Below, piece by piece: positions 1 through 9,000 of a stretch of 64,000 bases of DNA (the stretch's first letter is position 1; every line of letters begins with the position of its first letter). The notes below the pieces were generated by a model, which was given only the letters and a program-made list of their open reading frames with translations, made no database searches and was not told where the DNA came from. This stretch comes from Pirellulaceae bacterium (GTDB taxonomy: Bacteria; Planctomycetota; Planctomycetia; Pirellulales; Pirellulaceae). The stretch covers positions 11,626 to 75,625 of the forward strand of contig JANQLU010000130.1 in NCBI GenBank assembly GCA_028280445.1. Reading direction: 5' to 3'. A program made the position numbers and the translations under genes.

Positions 1-145
1 TGCGATTGATTGTCGTGGCGTTGACGGCGTACGATGAAATTGAGTAACTTTTCTTAAAAGATCAAGCCTCGTACGACGAATTTCGAGGCTGGCGAGTACC
101 GGTCGAACAGAATCAACCAGGAGTAAAACATTAAAACTCAGCGGC

Positions 146-574
146 ATGAGTGAATCCAAAACAACACCCTCTGGCAACCCCGTCAAACGCTCGATCCTTG
201 CAGCGCTCGGGGTGTTTTGTGTTTTTTTGGCAGGTATTGGCGTGTTGTTGCCAGGCATCCCGACCGTTGGGCCTTTGCTTCTGGCATCTTTGTTTTTCAC
301 GAAAAGTTGCCCAGCGCTGGAACAGCGATTGATACGCAATCGATTTTTTGCCAGGTATTTGCCGTTTCTCGACGGTTCCGAAGAAATGACGGCAAAAGCA
401 AAACTGGCAACGATTTTTACGATGTGGCTCAGTATCGCGATCAGTTGTGCGATTTTGTATTTCACGGGCGCAGGTGGAGTCTGGTTGATTGCGATCATCG
501 TCGCCGCAGGAATCGTTGGAACGATTTTTATCTGGCGTTTTGGAAAACGAAAAACTGCTGCGTTAGAAACCTAA
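146..574 (+). CDS. YbaN/DUF454-family inner membrane protein
   Basis: 142 aa with 3-4 TM helices. The motif 'LLPGIPTVGPLLLASLFF' matches the conserved DUF454 (E. coli YbaN) N-terminal signature. Confidence 0.65.
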   Translation: MSESKTTPSGNPVKRSILAALGVFCVFLAGIGVLLPGIPTVGPLLLASLFFTKSCPALEQRLIRNRFFARYLPFLDGSEEMTAKAKLATIFTMWLSIAISCAILYFTGAGGVWLIAIIVAAGIVGTIFIWRFGKRKTAALET

Positions 575-577
575 AAA

Positions 578-737
578 TCCTCTGCGTCTCTGCGACTCTG
601 CGTGAGCCTTTCTGAATGTAAATCAAATTTGATCTGAACGATGGTCAAAAGTAGTTGCGGAGAATCCTGCTGTTGCCTGAAACAATTCAAAGTTGAGGGT
701 GAAAGGCTCACGCGGAGGCGCAGAGACGCAGAGTTTT
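578..737. repeat. MITE/BIME-like element (family 2, module A). 30-bp inverted repeats CCTCTGCGTCTCTGCGACTCTGCGTGAGCC / GGCTCACGCGGAGGCGCAGAGACGCAGAG flank ~100 bp.
   Basis: Perfect or near-perfect inverted repeat read directly. The same GCGCAGAG/ACGCGGAG-based module recurs at 16226, 16393, 20437, 35649, 35766, 36951 and 50336/50387. Confidence 0.6.
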
Positions 738-823
738 TGAGAAAAGTGTTTTTTGCGTGCCACGGCGGATGATGAATCTTTTCCAGATGGATCAATTGCA
801 AAGCGTTTTTTAGGCGGTTATTG

Positions 824-1201
824 CTACAAGTTTTCAAAATTGGAGGGATCGAGATTGTCGCCGACTACACTCGCTTCCCAACCATCGTATGTTCCACCGC
901 ATCGCGTTGCGATTTGTTGAAATAGCGTTGTCATTTTCATGATCACGTCGCGATCCATTGGCATTTGGCGAGTGATGCTCACGCTCCAATTCGATTTTGC
1001 AAACAGACGTTTCCACCACGGTTGTCGAATTTCGTGGACTTTTGCAGCCAAATTGCGTTTTTGCAAAATCGAACTTGCCGCATTCGCTTTGTCTTGTTCC
1101 GAGAATACAAAATAAAAATTGATTTCGCGCGGTTTGGTAAAGCTGACGCCCAATTTTTCAAAGACTGAAAACAGCATGCGATCGCCATCGTGATTGTGCA
1201 T
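824..1201 (-). CDS. RraB-like (regulator of ribonuclease activity B family) small cytoplasmic protein
   Basis: 125 aa. The C-terminal 'GGTYDGWEA' resembles the conserved YDGWG motif of the RraB/YjgD family; the size fits. Confidence 0.35.
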   Translation of the reverse strand: MHNHDGDRMLFSVFEKLGVSFTKPREINFYFVFSEQDKANAASSILQKRNLAAKVHEIRQPWWKRLFAKSNWSVSITRQMPMDRDVIMKMTTLFQQIATRCGGTYDGWEASVVGDNLDPSNFENL

Positions 1202-1342
1202 CTCTCACCGCCCATGTTTGGAGTTGTTAAACCAGAATGGACAGCATAGTTCAATGACAGTCAAAAGAGAATCAATGACACGACAATATTTTTTGGATGG
1301 ACAACGCGCGATCGCAAATGGTCGCACCGGTAGCAAAATAAT

Positions 1343-4063
1343 CTATCTGCGGCGTTTTTTGCGTTGATTACCTTGATTGCGTTGACGTTGTTGATGCTGT
1401 TGACGCTTGATTGATTTGGCGCGTTCTTCGGCTTGCCGACGGCGTCGTTGGTCCCGAGCGCGATCTTCGGCCTGTTTCCGGCGCCGTTGTTCTTGCGCCG
1501 CTTGTTCACGACGTTGTCGGTCTCGCTGCGCCTTGCGGGCTTGCTCTTGTTGGCTTTTCCTCTGTTGTTCGAGCTGTCGCTTTCGCGCCGATTCCATTTG
1601 TTGTCGTCGTTGTTGATCGCGTGCGGCCTGCTCACGCCGTTGTCGGTCTTGTTGTGCTTTGCGGAGCTGGTCCTGTTGCGTTTTCCGCTGTTGATCGAGT
1701 TGCCGCTTTCGCGCTGATTCCATCTGTTGCCGTCGTTGTTGTTCGCGTGCGGCCTGTTCACGCCGTTGCTGATCCTGTTGCGCCTTGCGGAACTGCTCCT
1801 GCTGCATTTTCCGCTGTTGATCGAGCTGCCGCTTTCGCGCTGATTCCATCTGTTGTCGGCGTTGTTGATCGCGTGCGGCCTGCTCACGACGTTGCTGATC
1901 TTGCTGTGCTTTGCGAAGTTGCTCCTGCTGAAGATTTCGCTGTTGATCAGGGCGTCGATTTCGTCCCCGTTCTTGTGGTTGACGTTTTTGATTGCGAGAC
2001 GCCTGTTCACGACGCTGTTGTTCGCGTTGTGCTCTGCGGAATTGCTCTTGTTGCATTCTCCGCTGTTGCTCAAATCGCTGTTTCCGTTCCTGTTCCTGCT
2101 GTTGACGGCGAATTCTGATTTGTTCGTCGTCGCGCTGTCGTTGGATATCGCGAGCTTGTTTTTCGGTCAACGAGCGTTGCCGTTCGAGTCGCTGTTGGCG
2201 TTCTCGTTGTTGGTGTCCGATACGATCCAATTCACGCTGGTTGTCTTGGCGTTTTCGCTGATTCCGCAGTTGTTCCAACTGACGTTGCAGTCTTTCGCTA
2301 CGGTTGCCCGGTTTGGCAGGCGGATTGGTTTTTCGCGTTTGCGGATTTCTGCCATTCTTGGCTCCGCCTTGACGATTGCGCCGTTGGATTTCCTCAAGTT
2401 GTTTTTGTCGGATTCTTTCGAGGTTTCGACGATCATCATCATTTTGGCGCTTGATGCGATCGAACTCACGCTGTGACACTTTGGGGTCTGTACGTCGATC
2501 CTGCACAATCGGTCTCGATTGGTTTCCACGCGGTGGATTGTTTTTGCCCCGACGTTGATTCGGGTTTGGTGGCGAAGTTCTGTTTCTAGCGTCGGCCGTG
2601 CGGTCGGAATTCGCTCGCTTGCGATCGGTGTTCACCCGTTTGCGGCCGGACAATTCGCGTTTTTTCCGTTCCGATCTCGCAACCAAGATCGGTTTGGTGT
2701 CATTTTTGATTTTGGTTATTTGCTGATCGTTCAGTCTCGTCAGCTGACGTTGATTTCGATTGCGATTGGGAAAACGGCCGTTGTTGCCACGTCGGTGATC
2801 ACGAGAGCGGCGAACCAATTGATCCAGGTCGATCGCAATCGAAGCGCCACGCACCAAATCACGGTGACGGCCACGGTATTGATTTCCGAAATTGATTTGG
2901 GCCGAAAATGTCGAACGAGGCCGCAAATTAACGTGGTTCCGATAATGATTGTGCCGTGTGTAGAACCATTGATAGGCATTTACGTTTTGAAAGCGACGGT
3001 TGGGGCAAGTGTAATATGCCAACAGTGGATCGTAATAATTCCGGCGGTGACGGTGAACATCTACCCACGGGTAGACTTGCTGTTGGACAAAACCGTTGGC
3101 GTACCAATCTCCGAAACAGTAGTGTCCGTGATTGAAGTCGACGAACAAATGGACAAGAAAGTTTTCGCACAAATCAATGGCGCAGCTGGGTGTGTAACGA
3201 TAGGTTGTTTGCTGATAGATCGGTTGATCGAAATAAACCGGGGCAAAACAAACACCACGGTTTTCGACGCAATGATCCCAGTAGCCTGGACGGAATACGC
3301 AGCCTTGAGGAGTCCAAACATAACGAGCCGGGACCCAAACCCAATTGTCAATTGACGGGCGCCAACATCCCGCTTGCCAGTGATAAGCGTTGTCTCGATA
3401 GATCCAGTTTCCGGGAGCATAAAAATGGTTGTCACTGGGAGGACGAGTTGACGGACCAATATCCAGGCTCTGAGGCGGGGTGGGTAGGTATTCCACCGAG
3501 TCGGGTTTTACGTCGCTCCAAAAACCAGAGACCCAACGGTAGCCGTCATCCAGTTTTTGCCAGTAGCCGGGAATCCAGTTTTTGTCGCGGGGAGCATCAC
3601 GCCACAAGCCGCTGATCCAGACAAAATCTTTTTTGTCTAAATCCCACCCCCAATATCCAGGAATCCAGATCACGTTCGAGCCCTCGGGTTTATATTCCGG
3701 TGGCACTTCGTTGATCGGCTCGGGCGGCTGTTTTTTGATCACGACATTGGGCTTGGGATCAGCCGAATGCAACTCAGCAAACGCCTCGTGCATCGGACCG
3801 CGCATCAAAATCTGCAAATCTTTCCGTTTCTCTTGCACAGTCGAAGGAGTCGATGGCGCGTTTTTATCAAACGCTGACCGATTTTGCGGAAGAGTCTCGA
3901 TTTTGTTCTGATTAGGTGGAGTCAGGATCGGGACGTCTTGCGCCAACGAGCGCCTGACGGAACTGTTACAGAGCAAAATTGCAAGCACGAGTGTCGAAGA
4001 AAAATGCTTGAGAGCACGAATGCGCGTATCGCTATCGCGACGTTTTGTTGTCAATTTGATCAT
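1343..4063 (-). CDS. Secreted repeat protein with an N-terminal signal peptide, a central W-x-x-G-x-W aromatic repeat region and C-terminal Q/R/E-rich tandem 40-aa repeats
   Basis: 906-aa ORF. A hydrophobic N-terminus is followed by 'LAQD'. Repeated motifs WIPGYW, WISGLW, WIPGYW, WVSGFW and WQAGCW are present. The C-terminus has about 5 repeats of 'RKAQQDQQRREQAARDQQRRQQMESARKRQLDQQRKMQQEQF'. Confidence 0.6.
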   Translation of the reverse strand: MIKLTTKRRDSDTRIRALKHFSSTLVLAILLCNSSVRRSLAQDVPILTPPNQNKIETLPQNRSAFDKNAPSTPSTVQEKRKDLQILMRGPMHEAFAELHSADPKPNVVIKKQPPEPINEVPPEYKPEGSNVIWIPGYWGWDLDKKDFVWISGLWRDAPRDKNWIPGYWQKLDDGYRWVSGFWSDVKPDSVEYLPTPPQSLDIGPSTRPPSDNHFYAPGNWIYRDNAYHWQAGCWRPSIDNWVWVPARYVWTPQGCVFRPGYWDHCVENRGVCFAPVYFDQPIYQQTTYRYTPSCAIDLCENFLVHLFVDFNHGHYCFGDWYANGFVQQQVYPWVDVHRHRRNYYDPLLAYYTCPNRRFQNVNAYQWFYTRHNHYRNHVNLRPRSTFSAQINFGNQYRGRHRDLVRGASIAIDLDQLVRRSRDHRRGNNGRFPNRNRNQRQLTRLNDQQITKIKNDTKPILVARSERKKRELSGRKRVNTDRKRANSDRTADARNRTSPPNPNQRRGKNNPPRGNQSRPIVQDRRTDPKVSQREFDRIKRQNDDDRRNLERIRQKQLEEIQRRNRQGGAKNGRNPQTRKTNPPAKPGNRSERLQRQLEQLRNQRKRQDNQRELDRIGHQQRERQQRLERQRSLTEKQARDIQRQRDDEQIRIRRQQQEQERKQRFEQQRRMQQEQFRRAQREQQRREQASRNQKRQPQERGRNRRPDQQRNLQQEQLRKAQQDQQRREQAARDQQRRQQMESARKRQLDQQRKMQQEQFRKAQQDQQRREQAAREQQRRQQMESARKRQLDQQRKTQQDQLRKAQQDRQRREQAARDQQRRQQMESARKRQLEQQRKSQQEQARKAQRDRQRREQAAQEQRRRKQAEDRARDQRRRRQAEERAKSIKRQQHQQRQRNQGNQRKKRRR
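1400..2000. repeat. In-frame tandem DNA repeat (~120-bp unit, ~5 copies) encoding the Q/R/E-rich C-terminal repeats of the 1343..4063 protein
   Basis: Periodic recurrence of 'cgctttcgcgc...attccatctgttg...gttgatcgcgtgcggcctg' units visible in the sequence. This produces spurious ORFs in all frames. Confidence 0.55.
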
Positions 4064-4225
4064 CTAGGGTCAGCCTTTGTTTTCGCATTCCCTGCGAAAT
4101 CCTCTTAGAAACGGGGGTTTTGGGTTTGAATTGTCGAGCGGATTAACCCGATCAACATGTTCAACTAGAAAATAGTGCAAGCAGCGCGCCAAAAATCGAA
4201 AGTGTGAATGGAATCATAACCCGAT

Positions 4226-4285
4226 GCGTGAGCGAGGGACCGTATTTTGCCACACATTGGTGAAGTCTCTGGTCCCTCGCTGAAG
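4226..4285. repeat. Family-4 hairpin repeat (CGTGAGCGAGGGACC ... GGTCCCTCGCT)
   Basis: Inverted 13-14 bp arms with a ~25-nt loop. Two further copies lie at 17522-17575 and 17615-17661. Confidence 0.55.
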
Positions 4286-4326
4286 CTTCGCGCTTGCGAT
4301 TTTATACGAACAAATCAACACAGTCG

Positions 4327-4503
4327 GGTGCCACTGGCCTCAGCCAGTGATTGCCCCATCAACTCAGGGTTTAATTGAAGCATTTGCTATCCACTGTTCA
4401 CGGATGTTCAATCATCAATGAAAAGCCACTGGCAAAGTGAACCAAAAAAGAATTTGTCGAATCCTATTTAATAACCAGAACACTGGCGGAGCCAGTGGCA
4501 CCC
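4327..4503. repeat. Family-3 structured repeat (GGTGCCACTGGC-TCA-GCCAGTGATT ... CACTGGCGGAGCCAGTGGCACCC)
   Basis: Outer inverted repeat GTGCCACTGG/CCAGTGGCAC with internal small hairpins. A second copy with the same ends lies at 45431-45543. Confidence 0.55.
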
Positions 4504-4548
4504 AAACCACTCGCCCATCGCTTCGTGCTTGTATCAGTCAGCAAATGC

Positions 4549-4578
4549 AAAAACGGCCGGTGGGAACCGGCCCTACGA
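4549..4578. repeat. Half copy (right arm only) of the family-1 REP-like hairpin, overlapping the stop codon of the DUF1501 gene
   Basis: 'ACGGCCGGTGGGAACCGGCCCTAC' is present without the matching left arm. Confidence 0.5.
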
Positions 4579-6048
4579 GAGAATGGGTTTGATTAATTTG
4601 CCGTGGACATCGGTCAAGCGCATGTCACGTCCACTCCAGCGGTAGATCAATTTTGTGTGATCCACTCCTAACAAATGCAACATGGTGGCGTGCAAGTCGT
4701 GAATTTCGACTTTGTTTTCAATCGCCTTGTAACCATATTCGTCAGTGGCGCCGTGGATCGTACCTCCTTTGATGCCGCCGCCAGCCATCCAGAGACTGAA
4801 TCCAAACGGGTTGTGGTCGCGACCTCGGCCATCGCCGCGGCCTTGAGCAAAAGGCGTGCGTCCAAACTCACCTGACCAGACGACCAATGTTTGTTCAAAC
4901 AATCCGCGCTGTTTGAGGTCGGTCAGCAATGCACCGATTCCTTGATCGACTGCCAAAGCGTTGTCGGCGTGCCCTTTTTTGATATTGCCATGTTGGTCCC
5001 AGCGATCGTGTCCAACTGCCGGGCACGTCACCTCGATAAATCGCACACCTTTTTCGACCAACCGTCTAGCGAGCAGACATTGTCTTCCGAAGGTTGCCGT
5101 GCCTTTGGATTTGGCGTCGAGTCCATACATTTTGCGGGTCGACGCGGTCTCTCCGCGAAGACTGGTGAGTTGCGGTACGACCGATTGCATGCGATAGGCA
5201 AGCTCGTAATTGGAGATCGCCGATTCGATTTGGTCTACCGAGCCCGTGGATTTCAATGACAGTTGATCAATCTCATTTAAAAAACTCAACTTGTTGCGTT
5301 GGAGTCGATCGGTACGCTCGCGCCGTGTGATGTTGGCAACCGGCGAACGACTGGCATTGAAAATCGAACCTTGGTACGAAGCGGGCAGGAATCCGCTGTT
5401 GAAACAATCGAGACCGCCTGGAGGAATCAAGCCGCCATTGAGAACGACAAAGCCTGGCAAATCGAGGCATTCACTGCCAAGTCCATATCCAATCCAGGCG
5501 CCCATGCTAGGCCGCCCTTGGAAACCGTTTCCGGTGTGTAGGAAATAGTTGGCGTTGGTGTGTTCCGAAAAATTGCTGACCATCGAGCGAACGACTGCGA
5601 GGTCATCGGCGTGCACGGCAACGTTAGGGAACAGGGAACTGATCGGAGTTCCACTTTCGCCATGTTTTTTGAATTTCCAGGGACTTCCCATCGTTGTCCC
5701 GATGTTATTGAACTGGGTTGGTTCAATTTTCATCTTGAACGGCTTGCCGTCTTCCTTGGCGAGTTGCGGCTTGGGGTCAAACGTATCGACCTGTGATGGA
5801 CCGCCGTCCATGTACAGATAAATGACATGCTTGACTTTGGCTGCATAGTGCGTTGCTTTTGGCGCAAACGGACTTTTGTCTTTTTCTTTTTTCGGTTTCT
5901 CTTCTGCAATGAGCCCGCCGTACTCGGGTTGGCTCATCAACGCTGTTGCAGCAACGGCTCCAAATCCGCAAGCCGCATTACGCAACATATCGCGCCGTGT
6001 GATACCCGGATGCCGAAATCGTCCACAGTGATATTTGGGGGTTTTCAT
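4573..6048 (-). CDS. DUF1501 domain protein (Tat-secreted, sulfatase-like fold), partner of the upstream PSCyt/DUF1549/DUF1553 gene
   Basis: Tat motif 'TRRDMLRNAACGFGAVAATAL'. It carries 'HVIYLYMDGGPSQVDTFDPKP', typical of DUF1501. Start chosen at Met23 of the track ORF (6048), 4 nt after the upstream gene's TAA. Confidence 0.8.
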   Translation of the reverse strand: MKTPKYHCGRFRHPGITRRDMLRNAACGFGAVAATALMSQPEYGGLIAEEKPKKEKDKSPFAPKATHYAAKVKHVIYLYMDGGPSQVDTFDPKPQLAKEDGKPFKMKIEPTQFNNIGTTMGSPWKFKKHGESGTPISSLFPNVAVHADDLAVVRSMVSNFSEHTNANYFLHTGNGFQGRPSMGAWIGYGLGSECLDLPGFVVLNGGLIPPGGLDCFNSGFLPASYQGSIFNASRSPVANITRRERTDRLQRNKLSFLNEIDQLSLKSTGSVDQIESAISNYELAYRMQSVVPQLTSLRGETASTRKMYGLDAKSKGTATFGRQCLLARRLVEKGVRFIEVTCPAVGHDRWDQHGNIKKGHADNALAVDQGIGALLTDLKQRGLFEQTLVVWSGEFGRTPFAQGRGDGRGRDHNPFGFSLWMAGGGIKGGTIHGATDEYGYKAIENKVEIHDLHATMLHLLGVDHTKLIYRWSGRDMRLTDVHGKLIKPILS

Positions 6049-6052
6049 GGTG

Positions 6053-9000
6053 TTACCGAATGAAAATGAATTCTTTGACGTTAAACATGACGTGGCAGAA
6101 ATCTGTCCAGACACGTTTGTCGTCGTTGATTTTTGAATGATCGACGCGATAGGCGTCGGCTTGTGATTTCAGAAACGCCTTGGATTTTTCGACTTCGAAT
6201 TTTGTGGGAGGTCGGCCAAAGGCGGATTCGTAAATCAATTGAATACGCTGTTCCGTCGTGTTTTTGTCTTTGAGCAATGTTTCGGCCCATTTTTCCGCTT
6301 GTGAAATGACGAACGGGTCATTCATCAGGATCAAAGCCTGGGCGGGAACATTGGAAACATTTCGGCGTCCAACCGTATTGAAAGGCACGGGGGTATCAAA
6401 CGCGAGCATCATTGGCGGCAAGAAATTACGCCGTGTTTCGGTGTAAATACTTCGCCGTCGCGCTCCATCGAGTGGACCACTTTTGCCTGGACGACCGCGG
6501 CCTTGCATGAATGGTGTCAAGTGCACAGAAACACTGGGGCCGTAGACCTTGCGATCGAGTTGTCCGGAAATCTGGAGCATTGCGTCGCGGATCGCTTCGC
6601 CTTGCAAGCGTTTGATTGGCATGTGATGAAAATATTTGTTCGACGGATCGGCTTTTACTGTTGCACTATCAGATTTGCTGGACATTCGATAAGTGCTACT
6701 GAGTGCAATCCGTTTCAGCGTTTTCTTGATCGACCATTGATCGGCGACAAATTGTTTTGCCATGAAATCCAAAAGTTCGGGATGCGTTGGTTTTTCACCC
6801 AGTACTCCAAAGTTATCGACGGATTTCACAATGCCGCGACCGAACATGTGGTGCCAAAGCCGATTCGTGATGACGCGAGAAGTCAGTGGGTTATCGGGAT
6901 TGGCAATTTTTTGGGCGAGTTTTAATCGGCCACTTCCATCGGACGGTTTCAAATCTGGCCATTGGTCGCCGCCGAGTGCATCAATCAATCGACGTGGTGT
7001 TTTACCGCCTAGGTTTTTGTGGTTTCCGCGAATGAATACGTTTTCGTTTTCACCTGTACCGTCGGCGATGGCGATTGCGAACAATGGGCGCGGTGTTTTT
7101 TTGTTGTTTTCAACGAGTTGCGCCCGGATGTCCGTCAATGCCTTTAACGCAGCAGTCGCGGGCGAATGATGTTTGGTCGAAACAAAATTTTCGTCGCGTT
7201 TCGAGTGTTGAACGTTTGCGTCCGCGGTTATGCCAACTTGATGTTTCATCAACAGTGAAAACAACTGGGATCTGTCACGTTTGTCAGATTTATCCGAGGT
7301 AATTGTTGCAATCATGTTTGCTGCCAACGTTTTGCAAAAACTTTCCAGCGACTGTCCATCGAACTCGGCAAAGATTTTTTGTGTCATTGGCCCCGGTGAA
7401 TCAGTGGGACTGCCACCCGACGAAAACCAGATTTCGTCGAGTGAGGCAAATCCGTTGCCATGATCGATGATTTCAATATGAGCGCGTTTGCCGATATGGT
7501 TCCGCAAATCGCCACCTTGGGTCCGCCAGTTGTATTGTCCATTGCTGGAATATTTGAAATTCAATCCGTTGAACAGCAACGAATTGAAGATATCCATGGT
7601 AAACCCGTCAACAATCAAGCGCACTTGAATGTTTTCCGCTTTCATCCGGTAGTGGATATGGGCGTGTTTGATTTCAAATGTTGGTGATCGCATGACGCCA
7701 TAAAAACGTTTACCTACCCGGCCGCTACCGAGCGTACCAGGCAAAGCGATTCGTTCTGGTGAGTTGAAATCGAATTCGTGCTCAGTCGACACCGGCTGCG
7801 GATCAAATGCATGGCCCGTTCGGTACCAGCCGTTGGTGCCGTTTTTAAAGTCAGCAAATTGAATGGCGTTTTTGCGCGTGTCACGAGCACGTTTTTCAAA
7901 ATCTGCGATGCGTTGTTTGATCTGTTTCAGCGATGCCTTGTCAAATTTCGCTGTAGCGATCAATTGTTGAGCGGCAAACAGTGGATGGTCAGTTTTTTCG
8001 ATCGCCTGGTCTCGGAGAACGTCGACCCATTTTTGTAACGTTTGATTGTCCAATTCAAATTTGCGGCTCAGAGACTCGAGCGTGATGCGGCCAGTCTCCG
8101 CAGCTGATTTGCCAATGCGTTTGACGTGCAGAAAATCCAGCCCGACCATGTGTTTCGGGACACCTTTTTTGTTCATTCCCGTGAGACGGAAAGTCAATTT
8201 ATGTTTGCCGAGTTTTAAATCCTGTTCGGCAATCGTAATGCGACCAGTTGTCGCCAAAGACGAGTTATAGAAATCGATTTCTTTGCCGGGTTTTCCGTCG
8301 ACGAGAATTTGTGCGATTCCATAATCGATGGCCTTGCTAAAGTTTCCTTCGATGCGGTATTTTCCGTCAGATTTGACCTCGAATTCCAACGTCAGTTCAT
8401 CGCCAACTTTACCGTTAAACCACCAAATTTGTTGGTTACCTTCCCAACGGAATCCGCGTCGAGGTTTGATTCTCTGGACCAGTGTGTCGCCGCCGGTTTT
8501 GCGGAGAATACGCAACGCTTCGCCTTGATAGTGCAAGTCGTTTTTCTCAAGCCACTGGCGGTTGGCACTGTTGTAGAGAATCGCCGCTTGAAGATATTTT
8601 GCGATTTGTTTGTCTTTCAAATCGCGCGCGATCGATTGCTGAAGTGTTTGCAGATTCGTACTTGCCGATGCAAGATATTTGCGAGCGCGTTTTTCGGAAT
8701 CGCCGATCAAATTGTTTTTGTCAATCAAAGTCGCTTGGCGTCGAGAGCTTTGCAGAAACCCTGACAGCGAGTAATAGTCTTTGAGACTGATCGCATCAAA
8801 TTTGTGGTCATGGCAACGTGCACAAGCGATTGTCAGTCCGAGAAATGTTTTGGACATCACGTCGATCTGGTTGTCGATACGACCCGCTTCGTCCCCTTTC
8901 GAATCGACTGGTCCGTGTGTGGCTTCGCCGAGAAACCAGAATCCAGTACCTAAAATCGACTCATTGTATTTCTCGGTTGGGTGGCGGCGAGGATTCGGAT

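Noticed and set aside
1261-2476. Long alternative-frame ORFs (1261..2073 -, 1411..2118 +, 1433..1717 +, 1853..2476 +) over the 3' end of the 1343..4063 gene
   Set aside because: They lie in the 120-bp tandem-repeat region where every frame is open. Only the 906-aa frame has a signal peptide and coherent architecture. The others are low-complexity (N/S/R-, A/V- or L-rich) artefacts.
6049-6114. Extended N-terminus (Met1 at 6114) for the first DUF1501 protein
   Set aside because: The extra 22 residues would overlap the 3' end of the upstream PSCyt gene by 62 nt and precede the Tat motif with no function. Met23 (6048) gives a canonical Tat signal and a 4-nt intergenic gap.
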